A DNA stretch of 63,910 nt, filler included, from Gonapodya sp. JEL0774 (taxonomy: Eukaryota): assembly GCA_027604505.1 (NCBI GenBank). It is 56 parts of 56 records of this genome, joined end to end, with 100 filler letters (N's around TTAATTAATTAA, not from the genome) between each part and the next. Parts side by side here need not be neighbours in the genome. Positions count along the whole stretch, not along the records: positions 10,337 to 11,384 come from JADIIX010004069.1; positions 11,485 to 12,531 come from JADIIX010004070.1; positions 12,632 to 13,678 come from JADIIX010004071.1; positions 13,779 to 14,825 come from JADIIX010004072.1; positions 14,926 to 15,972 come from JADIIX010004073.1; positions 16,073 to 17,119 come from JADIIX010004074.1; positions 17,220 to 18,266 come from JADIIX010004075.1; positions 18,367 to 19,412 come from JADIIX010004076.1; 48 more parts are not named here. One strand, 5' to 3'. Positions 10,401 to 21,704 of the stretch are shown piece after piece. The translations under genes were made by a program, and so were the position numbers. The notes under the pieces were generated by a model that was not told the origin of the DNA, did no database searches, and saw only the letters and a program-made list of their open reading frames with translations. How positions within the stretch are numbered: the first letter of the stretch is position 1; every line of letters begins with the position of its first letter.

Positions 10401-10847
10401 CCGGGGGGCGGGGAAGTATCTGCAGCTTGAGGATTCAGAACAACAACTACGCAGAGAGAAAATGTTGGACTTTATTTGGATGCGAGGGGTGCCAGCGGGG
10501 TGAAGCTGGGACTAGGGAGTGGGTTGGGTAATTCAGTCTGTACCTCTGCACTCACGCGAATGTTCGAGAGGAAACTGATATCATACACGAAATTGAAGAT
10601 GACAGGCGTGCACTACGAGCGGGATCAACCAACACTATTGCATTTTAGTCGAGCCACCCAAGTGTCTCTTAGCTGATGGAATAGATGCTGCTGTGACTAC
10701 GCGGGATCAAAATAACAGACATGGGAGTTGAGAAGGTGTGAAGAACATGGCGAATACGCAAACGATTGAATGGCTGTATAGCTTACTTTGCTCATTTGCG
10801 GGGGGGTGTATTTGGTCAATACTGCAGGTGGATTGCACCATATGCAG
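10401..10847 (+). mobile_element. LTR-like segment
   Basis: Preceded by a purine/G-rich tract; bounded by TCTGCA..TGCAGA; contains TGTATTTGG like the other LTR-like segments, plus an internal short direct repeat (GCGGGATCAA x2). Confidence 0.35.
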
Positions 10848-11486
10848 ACTGTAAGATGTCATCCGCAGCAAAGTGAGCCTTTGATGAATTACACTGACGC
10901 TGATAGGGCGAGCTGGTTCTTTGTATCGCCTTTTCTGAAATTTATTCGTGCGTTCATGTCAGATTGTCGGATCGACCTTGCGAATCCCGATCACTGCACC
11001 TACACGAGTTCCGATCGCGATCCCCGCACCGCTCCTGTCCATGTCCACCCCTTCCCCTCTTCCTTTCGCGCCATCCTATCAATCGCCGTTCACCTACGCT
11101 GGCATCGTCGTGCATCAGCACGTGTGTCCCTCGTCGGACGCGGGTTGCAAGATCGTCGTGGAAGCGTACACTCTTCCAGGACGGACAGAAGGGCCCGGCG
11201 TGAGTTGCTCGGAACGATGCGCGAGATGATGTTTCTTATTCGAAAGATGTGACCCCGCGTGTCGCGGCGGCCTTTGGGGAATACTCAGTATCCAGGCCCG
11301 GCCAAGGGAATCTGGTGCTGACGCATCCGAACGGGGTCGGAAAGGGGCCATGGAGGATCGTGGTGAAGAAGTTTCTGGACATGTNNNNNNNNNNNNNNNN
11401 NNNNNNNNNNNNNNNNNNNNNNNNNNNNTTAATTAATTAANNNNNNNNNNNNNNNNNNNNNNNNNNNNNNNNNNNNNNNNNNNNAT

Positions 11487-12308
11487 TCTGGGGAACTCAG
11501 TGATGGAACAAATGAAAGGCAGTCTGGTAGTTCGGGAGGGCAATATGACCAGCGACGGGTGTATGGAGCAGCCGACAAACCTCCCAGGCCGCCTAGGAAG
11601 AGGCCTTTGAGCACACCAAACGGACGCTTTGTGAGGCATGAGAAGGACGAGGAGCGCATGCAGGTTGCCTCGGCTGAGTGGATTTCTAAACCACTCAGTC
11701 AGTCGGATGAGAAACGACCCAGTGCTGTGGGAGGAACTGATGGAGGACAGAAACCGGAAGTCATCAGTACATATCTCAACATCACGATGCCCATACCCAA
11801 GTCGAACTCCGGATCGTCAATCTCGTCGATGGGACGCAGCCCGAGTCCCAGCCCTGGTGCGGGAGATTCGGATGGTTCAATGTCCGGTAGCGGAGGTGCA
11901 AAGGCTTTCAGGCGCAAGGTTCCTCAACCGGTTGCGAAGGGTGCTCCAGTTGCAGATCCGCACGTCTCATCGCCGCTCACATCTCCCACCCTTCCTCAGA
12001 CCTTGGTGCAGCGAATACCAGGGCAGCAGCCGAGGGGGACCAGACATTTGATCCGTTCGTCCAATGACTCGATCGAGACCGGCCAATCTCAGAGAATGCC
12101 ACCATTCAATCCCGTTTCTCGGAACTCGGAAGCTGGTGGTCAGAGTGTTATCACAATGGCGCGCCGAAACGCAATTGAAGAGGAGAGGGATCGGTACATT
12201 TTCGACTACGATCAAGGTCCACACGGTAAGGAAAAGACCGGGAAACTATCGGCGATCATTCCGAAATACTTTGGACTTGTGTCGTCGGGGAAGAAGGCCA
12301 CGAGGTGA
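11487..12308 (+). CDS. Hypothetical low-complexity protein, C-terminal fragment
   Basis: Frame open from the contig edge to stop 12308, followed by an AT-rich 3' UTR-like tract. Confidence 0.6.
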   Translation, partial: SGELSDGTNERQSGSSGGQYDQRRVYGAADKPPRPPRKRPLSTPNGRFVRHEKDEERMQVASAEWISKPLSQSDEKRPSAVGGTDGGQKPEVISTYLNITMPIPKSNSGSSISSMGRSPSPSPGAGDSDGSMSGSGGAKAFRRKVPQPVAKGAPVADPHVSSPLTSPTLPQTLVQRIPGQQPRGTRHLIRSSNDSIETGQSQRMPPFNPVSRNSEAGGQSVITMARRNAIEEERDRYIFDYDQGPHGKEKTGKLSAIIPKYFGLVSSGKKATR

Positions 12309-13778
12309 AGGTCAGATGACCGTGTAAACAACGCAGCAGGACTTCCGAACTCTACAGACGTTTTGACATCGTAACTTCACACTAAACTTGGAATATGTTT
12401 GCTGTTACTTTTCATGCATACACTCTTCTAACAGATTAGATTTGTTAATAAACGTAATAATCACTCTTTGGTTTCAAACATTCTTTCCCTAATAGTCGTT
12501 GAGTTCATGCTGTACGTTCCCTTGTTGTGAANNNNNNNNNNNNNNNNNNNNNNNNNNNNNNNNNNNNNNNNNNNNTTAATTAATTAANNNNNNNNNNNNN
12601 NNNNNNNNNNNNNNNNNNNNNNNNNNNNNNNAAGACTCACCCAGAAATTGCTAGCGAACACACCATCTGCCTTGCCACCCCCGTTGGATGTGCTTGCCAT
12701 CATACCAGACGTTGTGAAAGATGCGTAAAACCTTGGCTCTCGGGAGGAAAGTCTGAGCACTTTTCGGCGCTGAAGTGACCCGCGCCTATCTCTCTGGGGG
12801 ATTCGAGTTTCTTGAGACGTGGTGCGGTGTCGTCTCCTACTGCCGTCCTGTTCCTGCGGCTGAGGGGGACTTTGTCACAGGGAAGACCGAGGTGGCGCAG
12901 GTCCGATGCATAAATATGTGCGATCCAAGTGGAAGACCCGAGCTTCAAATATTATCTTAATGGAACAAATAAAACGTATCGAGAATCAATTCTAGGGAGA
13001 ATCTCAGCTTGTAATAGAAGACTTGGCCAGCACCGGTGAGGGGCATGATGAGCATGATCATTTACACACGGCTTCAAGTATGCAATCATGGTCTTTATGA
13101 CTTACTGTTTACTTGGTCTGTCCTCTAGTAGTTCTACGGCACGCCTGCCTTGCTCTATCATGTACGTCTTGACGCCATGCGTTCTGAACACCAAACGTCA
13201 GATACAAACCACTACAAACATTGAAGAAAGTTGCTCGAAGGAGAAACATGCAAAATCACTGCGCAAAAGCTAACAGTATAAATTGCCTGATTGATAGCTA
13301 ACGAAATATGGAGTAGACCTCTCGAAAATAAGATCTACATTATAATGCCCCGCCAGGCTTCGCTTATATAACGCGAACAATACGAGCAGGACGAACATCA
13401 ATTCCTAGCAAGTTCACAAAATCCATGAAGCGGTCCAGCCACCCCGTTGCATTATCGTCTGTACTAGTTCGATTACGAGCTACTTTCGCCTCCCTCCCAT
13501 TCTCATCGCTCCGCTGCGATCCGCAACGGGGGCGCGCCTGCAACACTCCTCCTTCTCTCGCCCCTTTCCCTGCTTACACTCCGCCGCCTCGGATCGTCTC
13601 CTCCCGTACCCTGCCGAGACCGTGGTCTTGGTCGACCCTGATCGGTACTTTCTCCACCGCCACCGGAGGAAAACGCAGNNNNNNNNNNNNNNNNNNNNNN
13701 NNNNNNNNNNNNNNNNNNNNNNTTAATTAATTAANNNNNNNNNNNNNNNNNNNNNNNNNNNNNNNNNNNNNNNNNNNN

Positions 13779-14062
13779 GTCACGGATTTTCTGGCGTTGG
13801 GGTTCGCTCCATCGCTGAGGGCTTGTCTCACCCGCTCGAGGTTCCCTTCCTCGCACGCATCAAAGAGAAGCTCTGTGGCCGTTTTAAGCGCGGGCACTGC
13901 CGGTGGCGATGCAGGCTCGTTCTTCGCGAGAGGAATCGTGTGAACGTCCAAGGGAGATCCGAAGAAGGAAAAGCGCTTGCGGGTCCGCGACGAGCTTCGA
14001 GAGCGGGAGGAATCTTGGCCACCGACTGCAGCGCCCGCACCAGAACTTCTCCAGCGGATCAT
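13779..14062 (-). CDS. Ankyrin-repeat protein (GANPNARK-type), 5' fragment
   Basis: LLFDACEEGNLERVRQALSDGANPNARKSV; paralogous to 4782-5621. Confidence 0.75.
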
Positions 14063-14576
14063 GACTGAATCAGGCGGCGATTTTGTACACAGCTTTGGTC
14101 AACAGAGCAGTTAACTTAGTTTCACTTCGCGAGTTGGCGGGTGAACGGTTTGTCGCGACCTCACCTCATAAATCAACGGGGCGGAGGTATCGCGCACTGA
14201 TTGGTCATCACCCCCTCAATTATGGTCCATCCCAAACAGTTTGAGAATGTGGGGAAGATGAGGAAAGATGTCATCCAAACACAATATAAAAATTGTGGAT
14301 GGTATACTATCGCAGGATTTACGGTGTTGTGATTGATTGGGTATTTGGGGTCCCAAAGTCCGTTATTGGAGCAAATAACGTGTATGATAATAAACATGAA
14401 CTCAAAGTACTGAAAGTAAAAGTGGGCTCAAATAGGTCCAAGGAGAGTGAAGTATGAGGTGCCATGCTCATCGGGCAGTGCTAAAAGCACGTACACCGAT
14501 AAACAACCCCACCGCGACAGTCGCCGCGGCAACACCGGCGATCTCCCAAGCTGTCAATACGACACACCAAAAGGGA

Positions 14577-14825
14577 TCAATGACGTCGCGAGAACAAGCT
14601 TTTGAGCTTGAACCACAGCAACCGCAGAAACACACCGTGGGAGACCACCCAGCCCGTCCACACCGCCAACGTATTGATCCTCGTCCAAAAGCCGATCCTC
14701 TTGGCGTCGAAACTCTTCATTGAGTCCCTATGCACCATCCTCGCCGGCGTCTCAGTGGCTTCGAAGAGGAGGATCTGCTGGTTGGAGGTGGTGTACGACT
14801 TCCATCCAGGGAGGGGAGTTCCAGT
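14577..14825 (-). CDS. Possible type-B carboxylesterase C-terminus
   Basis: LPGWKSYTTSNQQILLFE...RIGFWTR resembles the W..Y....L.F...FW end of carboxylesterases. Confidence 0.45.
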   Translation of the reverse strand, partial: TGTPLPGWKSYTTSNQQILLFEATETPARMVHRDSMKSFDAKRIGFWTRINTLAVWTGWVVSHGVFLRLLWFKLKSLFSRRH

Positions 14826-15112
14826 NNNNNNNNNNNNNNNNNNNNNNNNNNNNNNNNNNNNNNNNNNNNTTAATTAATTAANNNNNNNNNNNNNNNNNNN
14901 NNNNNNNNNNNNNNNNNNNNNNNNNTGGGCAGTAAGTACTTATAGTCACAAATTCAGGGCACCTCCCACACCAAAACCAACCATAGATCTGAATTCCCCA
15001 CATTCAAATACATATGTGCACAGAGGGGAGCAGTCAACAGATACTTTTTGGTTCTGACCCAACCCAAACCCAACATCCCTATGTACTCTCCAGCTACAAC
15101 TTATACTTTCCC

Positions 15113-15970
15113 TCATTTATTCACTATTCTCTGCCTTCTGTAAGCAGTCCTACTACTCATCTCATCCTCCGTTGAACGAGATCTTCCCCTACCCTGCTTC
15201 TTCCTTGGTCGGCCTCCTTTGTTCCTAGAAGCCGGTCCCCTTTGGTCCATATTCCCAATCCCTTCATCCAGCTCTTCCTCGAAACCATCATCCCCATCCC
15301 TCATCCAGGCTCTACCGCGGAACTGACCACCATCTCCGTCCAGAAGCATCCAATCTACATCCAAGTCACCTTCAAAGTTTATCATGGCGAAAGGTAAGTC
15401 CAGATCCGAGGCAGATTCATCATCAGAGTCAGGTAATAGGTGCAACACATTGCGATGGGGACTTGGACGCCGGCGAATAGGCAAAGGTGGATCTGGACGT
15501 GGATGACCAGTGGAGTAGACCTTCGTAATGCGAGTTGGGTGGTGAGACAAATGCATTCTGCCATGGCCAAAGGCTTCCTCTCGAGTGCGGGGACGAGGTC
15601 GAGGTGAGTTCCTAGGTCGACTCAGATTGCCACCAGAGGCAAGTTCCTGCTGCTCATACTCCGGCCACCCAAAGTCATCCTCCATCACCTCAGGTTCTTC
15701 AGAGTCTCCAAAAGGATTGTAAGGTTCCGGCGTCCAGTCACGAGGATCCCTGTCAACGAGAGTGTCCATGTCTGTATCAACTATGTCTTCATCTGGAACA
15801 TCGATAATACACCTTGGTTGCTGGACTGCTACAACACGATAACGAGGTTGAGGCTGGGCCAGAACCGATAGGCGATGGAGAGACTTCCACCATTGCTTCG
15901 GAATAGCAAGAGAATCAAGATGTTGCTTGGTTCGGACCGGCCCAAGTTGTTCGAATGTGGTAGGGACAAG
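15113..15970 (-). CDS. Hypothetical intronless acidic/basic protein, C-terminal fragment (possibly TE-encoded)
   Basis: Open from the contig edge to 15113; the downstream segment 14926-15112 lacks CpG. Confidence 0.5.
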   Translation of the reverse strand, partial: LVPTTFEQLGPVRTKQHLDSLAIPKQWWKSLHRLSVLAQPQPRYRVVAVQQPRCIIDVPDEDIVDTDMDTLVDRDPRDWTPEPYNPFGDSEEPEVMEDDFGWPEYEQQELASGGNLSRPRNSPRPRPRTREEAFGHGRMHLSHHPTRITKVYSTGHPRPDPPLPIRRRPSPHRNVLHLLPDSDDESASDLDLPFAMINFEGDLDVDWMLLDGDGGQFRGRAWMRDGDDGFEEELDEGIGNMDQRGPASRNKGGRPRKKQGRGRSRSTEDEMSSRTAYRRQRIVNK

Positions 15971-16072
15971 AANNNNNNNNNNNNNNNNNNNNNNNNNNNN
16001 NNNNNNNNNNNNNNNNTTAATTAATTAANNNNNNNNNNNNNNNNNNNNNNNNNNNNNNNNNNNNNNNNNNNN

Positions 16073-17119
16073 CCGTCACCGGCACAATAGGTTCCATCTC
16101 CGGCTGCAACGACACCACCGAGGAACCATGGACATTGGATTTGTCCCGATGAATCGAATCGGGTGCAGCCAGGATCCACTGCACCGGCACAGTGGCCACC
16201 TCTGACGAACGGGGGCTGGAAGCAACGGGATGTGTCAACCCACGACGGAGGAGGAGGAGGTGGTGGTGGTGGAGGTGGTGGAGGCGGTGGAGGCGGTGGC
16301 GGAGGTGGAGCTGACAAAATGGCACGTAACGATCTGAGCGAGCGATTCAAGACACTAAAGCAATTGCGAAAACTCACGGGGTGGAGGTGGTGGGGGGGGT
16401 GGGGGAGGCGGCGGCGGAGGTGGGGGCGGAGGAGGTGGGGGCGGAGGAGGTGGGGGCGGCGGCGGAGCTGAAGTTGAAGGTACGATTAAAAAAGAGCTCA
16501 ACAAGATGCCAAAGAATCACCATTGCAAACTTACGAGGAGGAGGCGGTGGGGGTGGAGGAGGGGGAGGAGGAGGAGGAGGAGGAGGAGGAGGGGGAGGAG
16601 GAGGGGGAGGAAGTGGTTCTTGCTCTGCTGGCTCAGTTGGCGGAGTTGGATCTCCGCCAATCGTGACTTTGGCACCCTGGCCCTGTATGTCCACGGGATC
16701 TGACGGAACCGTGCTCGTCGTGGTTACAGTGGAGGTTTCCGTGGTGACCGTGGTTGTTGTGGTGGTTGCTCGAGTGGGCGCGATCATGGGAGAGTAGATT
16801 CGAGATGCGGGAGGAGGTGCCTGTGGAGGAGAACAAGGAGTACCGTGATAAGTTGGATTACTCTTAGAAGAATTCTGGGCGAGGTTTTGCTCAGAATTGC
16901 CGACATACCGCGACAGTCGGCGCCGGGGCGAAGTTGCATTGGGAGTACCTGAATGAAATGAAGAAAATGGCCGGGAAACATTCATTCAGTACAGACGCCT
17001 TTAGTTTGTGAATCTTGCGCAATAAGTAAGATCAACTCACATGCTGTTTTTGACCACGCAATTCCACCCTTCCGAGCAGCATTCTGAAGGTCCCGAGTAA
17101 CCCTCACCGCCACATTGGC
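16073..17119 (-). CDS. Extracellular protein: CBM1 + Thr-rich and polyproline linkers + Cys-rich module (fragment, 5 exons)
   Basis: QCGGEGYSGPSECCSEGWNCVVKNSM|YSQC is a CBM1 (completed by exon 16909-16948), followed by a T-rich linker, three poly-Pro exonic runs and SWVDTSRCFQPPFVRGGHCAGAVDPGCTRFDSSGQIQCPW...YCAG. Confidence 0.8.
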
Positions 17120-18437
17120 NNNNNNNNNNNNNNNNNNNNNNNNNNNNNNNNNNNNNNNNNNNNTTAATTAATTAANNNNNNNNNNNNNNNNNNNNNNNNN
17201 NNNNNNNNNNNNNNNNNNNTCGGTCAGATTTGACACTTGGGACACTCAGGGCTGTCGAGGCTGACAGCGTTCCATCATCTTCTCATCTATCTAAACACGC
17301 CCTTTTTCTCCCTCCTTGTCTGCAAGGATCGAGCACGTGCGGTGCTGACTGCTGATAGCTGCCGACCGAAATTTTTATGCAGCGAAGTTTGGACCGCAGT
17401 GACAGGGCGCAATGACCCATGACTTGCACGGTACATCGACGCAGCCCTCCACGTCCTGGGCCTTACTCTCAACTACCCCAGTCGGTCAAATCGTCTCTTC
17501 CTTTTTACTCAAGGCCGAGTTCCTGTCATAGTTGTTTCCATAATCTAGCCGCCTGACCTTCCGTCTCTGCCCACAAGCATCGGACAAACCCAGTGCCGAC
17601 TTCTACCGGCCAATGTTTATACAGCTCAAAGTGTGGGCCGTTATTACGGGGAGCAATGGCCCAGAGCTTGCATGCTCGCACGCCAATGCACAATGCAACC
17701 GACGACCGTACTCTCTGCTACCGCTGTTGGTCAGATGTCACCTTGGACAACGTGAGGGCCCTTGAGACTGAAGATGTTCCATCATTGTTTGTTCTGTCTA
17801 GCGACGCCCTTTTCTCTCTCTTTGCCCGCAAGCGTCCGTCAAACCGTGCTGACTGTCGCGGGCCCAATTGTTATATGGTTTGCATGTCTCCTGTCGTTTG
17901 CTTACTGTTACTCCGAGCTATCTCCCGATGTGAACCGCACACAACATCCAGGCTCCCACTATAGTTGCTTAGCCCCCCTCTTCTCCCACTCCCACTCCCC
18001 CTCCCTCTCTCTGCACAGGCGTGAGCCGTGAATCCCTTCCGCGGCACTGATAGTATAACCCTGCCTCGTTCCTGTGTGATCCCTACAAGTGATGAACCAA
18101 CCACCACCAACAATTAGTGCTCCGCCTCTCGGGCGCGGCCTCACCATCAGCGCATGACCACGTCACGCTCCGAACCGCTTTCTCCCCAACTTCACCGCTC
18201 CACCACCGTAGGAGGGCAGAGTGCTGCCCGAATCGGAGGCGAGGAGTAGGGAGTGCAGAGTGGTGGNNNNNNNNNNNNNNNNNNNNNNNNNNNNNNNNNN
18301 NNNNNNNNNNTTAATTAATTAANNNNNNNNNNNNNNNNNNNNNNNNNNNNNNNNNNNNNNNNNNNNTATATGTTCAAGAACGATTGATAGTAATCGACAA
18401 TGCAAATACAATGCGGAATGCGAGTCTAACGACCCAA

Positions 18438-19411
18438 TCACTTGGACGAATTTCCGTTCAAAAATTGTTCTCTGTCCTCGCTCTCATCACCCTCAACCGC
18501 GAAATAGTCCAGCCGTCTTAACTATGATGAAGATGAGCGCGAAGTGTCACAGTGTTATTGATCATAGAGGGCACACACACAAGGTGCTCACCTCAAGCTT
18601 ATCCGGCTCATCCCCATCTTCCACTCCATCGTCTGCCAGGAAATCATTAATCTCACTCTCTGCTTGCGGGTTTGAAAGCTGCTGGTACTCTGGCCTTCGC
18701 CGGGAAGCTTTCCTCGCAAGGTAAACTCCGACAGCCATGACGCCGATCAGACCCACCGTCCCCACAATGAGATACGTGGTATCCGGACGACGGCTCGACT
18801 CTGCATCCGACACCTGAACCGTGATGGGGGGGAGGTCGATGACATCCGGCGCAGCCGTCGTCTTTGGTGGAGAACCTGTGGTCCCCATGTCAGCCCGTGA
18901 AACAACAAATCCTGCTGATACCGCAACACATTCGACACTCACCTGACGGCGCCGCCACCTCTCCTTCCTTTACCGCTGCCGCCTGGAATCCCGCAGGGAC
19001 CTTCCCACTCATATCCACCACGTCCGCTCCTTTCACCGCGAGCAACGATATCGAGGCATACTGCCTCCCACCCAACTGCCTCCTACCCCACCCCGCTTCC
19101 GAGGCCCATGTAAACTCCCACCTCACTACTGAGTCCTTACCCGACGGAACCGTCACAGCGTAGCCTACGGTGTTGTCTACATTGTTCACAACCTGCATAC
19201 GCTCGACGCCATTCACAAGCACCGTCAAGCCCGCCAACGGGAGGTCTGCCATCGCTTGGAACGCAAAAAGCACTGTCGCGGGGTTCTTTGACGACCCTGC
19301 GGTCGCCGGTGCGGGGGGTGCGCGCACAATGAGCTCGAGGCCCGCCACACCACCTGGATCGCCACCATCAACTCTGAGCTTTCCATCGACCGGCCCCCAT
19401 CGATTTGACGA
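18438..19411 (-). CDS. Type I single-pass membrane protein, C-terminal fragment
   Basis: Beta-rich luminal region, TM YLIVGTVGLIGVMAVGVYLA, basic stop-transfer RKASRRR, YQQL motif and acidic tail; spliced. Confidence 0.65.
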
Positions 19412-19512
19412 GNNNNNNNNNNNNNNNNNNNNNNNNNNNNNNNNNNNNNNNNNNNNTTAATTAATTAANNNNNNNNNNNNNNNNNNNNNNNNNNNNNNNN
19501 NNNNNNNNNNNN

Positions 19513-20478
19513 TGAGATTTCGAAGTCGTAAAATTTGGTCTGCTCATTGAGGCAAGCAGTCACGGTCAGAGTTACGATCGCAAGGCAAGATACAGCTAGC
19601 ACTCCCTGCTCCGTCAATTCGCACTCACACCTCTTCAAGACTCCGGGAACTCACCAGCAAGGGTTGAACCTGTCGCTTCTGCACTTTCAAACCATCTTCT
19701 CACTTCCTCTGCTATTTAGTGGAAGGCCAAGTAAACAGGTTTTAGAGGTGGCCGGAAGTTATCATGCCTCAAGAAACTCACACGATTCCTGCCCCTCTGG
19801 CCAAATCCATTCACCTCCAGTCCATTTATGCTTGAAAGTCACTGCTTTCGAGCGTTCCACATCGCATTCAATGCTATGCTCCACAGCTGACAGGCCCAGA
19901 GATGGGGTGGTTGGCTCAACCTCCACCACACCATTCGGAGGGGAGACTGAGGGTGTGTGGGATGGTACCACCGGCAGTTCATTGATCGGCTCTAATGCGG
20001 GGGCGGGTGCCAGGTGATGTGCGGTACTCGGTGGAGGAGGAGGGTAGGACGTGGAACTCCCTTTTCGCTGTGGGAGTGACGGAATCTCGGCACTCTGCCC
20101 GACAGAATGACGGGCTATTACAGAATCAGGCTCGATGGGATCATCGATGGGGCCAAAACCATTTGCTGTGAGGGGAGATGGGTATGATCTGTTTGGGATC
20201 ACTCGATTTTCTCACAATGTTCGGCATGGAATATCCAGTGATCGCTCATGGAAACACGCTTGTGACTCATGTCGAACGAAAGCTCTTCATTTAGATGCCC
20301 GATTGGTTTCAACGCAGAGGTAGCGTCTCCTCCCGCCCCACTGATCAACACTTCGTCCCACACATAGCAAACTCACCGGCCAAGTTAAAGATGAGTGTGA
20401 TCACACCGATGATTGCTGGTACGAGAAAAGCCCAGAGTGTTCGGGAGCTCCGATTTGTGGGTATCTGCATTTCATTAC
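19513..20478 (-). CDS. Possible TM + Pro-rich + SAM-domain protein (spliced fragment)
   Basis: Hydrophobic LWAFLVPAIIGVITLIFNLA exon and a Pro-rich exon, then KWT|AEEVRRWF resembling the start of a SAM domain. Confidence 0.4.
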
Positions 20479-20658
20479 CTGGTGAGGGAGTGTGGGGCCA
20501 AGCACACAGTAATGCTCTACTGTGCGTCAGCGTAAATGGTTCATACTGGGAGAATGTTNNNNNNNNNNNNNNNNNNNNNNNNNNNNNNNNNNNNNNNNNN
20601 NNTTAATTAATTAANNNNNNNNNNNNNNNNNNNNNNNNNNNNNNNNNNNNNNNNNNNN

Positions 20659-21233
20659 TGCGCTAGAGTGTTGCCCACATATCAAAACTCTGCACAGGGG
20701 TACTCCTCAATCGGAATCGGCCTGACGCTGGTACTTTCCTCCACCTACCAACTTGGAATCATCAACACATTCTTGGGAGACTACTTCGGGATCCTCATGA
20801 AAGATCGTGTGACCGGGTTCCCTTTCAACGTTGTTGAGCATCCTATGTGAGTGATGTCTGGTTGACTCACAGAATATTGAAACGACGTTATTGCACTGTG
20901 GCGGGCATTCTAGGTACGTCGGATCCACGCTTAATTTCTTTGGTACAGCGATTCTGTGAGTGACCCGAGTGTGTGTGGGTTCCGTCCATGGCTAGTCTCA
21001 TCAAAAACCTCATACGTATAGCCGGCAATCGCCCGCCGGTCTGTTCATTACAGCTGCGGTTGCAATTGTGTATCACGTGGCCCAGAGCTTTGAGGGGTGG
21101 GTATATGTTCCGCCCATTACGCTGAATATTGCAGGACGAACATAAACACGTACTCATACCTCACCGGTTTGATTCTTGGTATCGCCTTAGGCCATTCACA
21201 ACGATGATCTACTCTCAAAAGAAGTCCAGTTAG
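20659..21233 (+). CDS. OPI3: Phospholipid (phosphatidyl-N-methylethanolamine) methyltransferase, 3' fragment
   Basis: LVLSSTYQLGIINTFLGDYFGILMKDRVTGFPFNVVEHPM|YVGSTLNFFG...FEG|PFTTMIYSQKKSS*. Confidence 0.93.
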
Positions 21234-21437
21234 AACTTGTAGCCTGCTAGACTCTTCAATGTCCACACCAACATAACGTGATAGTGACCTCCACATACTT
21301 TCCTCCACCGGATTCCTCCACAGAATTTATTATTGAAGACCTTTACCGACCATACCCGTCAGTTTACAAGAGCACCGTTCCAAGGGAGCCACAAACTGCC
21401 CGTCATTACTTCTATATCCCACATTATGGCGCACAGT

Positions 21438-21704
21438 CTACCGCCGGTCCCTTGAACCCGAGCGGCTTCTCCTTGAGTACCCAGAGTCTCGATAACGGTC
21501 CCTTGAACGGGACCTGTCACGACTGGACGAAGACACCATAGGCGAAGAATCAACGTGAGGTCAAAACGAGTGATTCTGTTGCTCTGAAACGACTGTACCG
21601 ACAGGACTCTCAACTCACCGGTCTCCATACCTGTCCCTGGACCGATCTCGGTCGTATCTGTCCCTAGAGCGGTCGCGGCCATATCCAGAGCCGTATCCGC
21701 GATC
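21438..21704 (-). CDS. RS/RD-rich C-terminus of a probable RNA-processing protein
   Basis: DRGYGSGYGRDRSRDRYDRDRSRDRYGDR|RDRSRSRDRYRDSGYSRRSRSGSRDRR* across a GT-AG intron. Confidence 0.65.

Noticed and set aside
16163..16797. Poly-Gly ORFs on the + strand
   Set aside because: Antisense shadow of the polyproline exons of the CBM1 protein; splice signals and the CBM1 are on the minus strand
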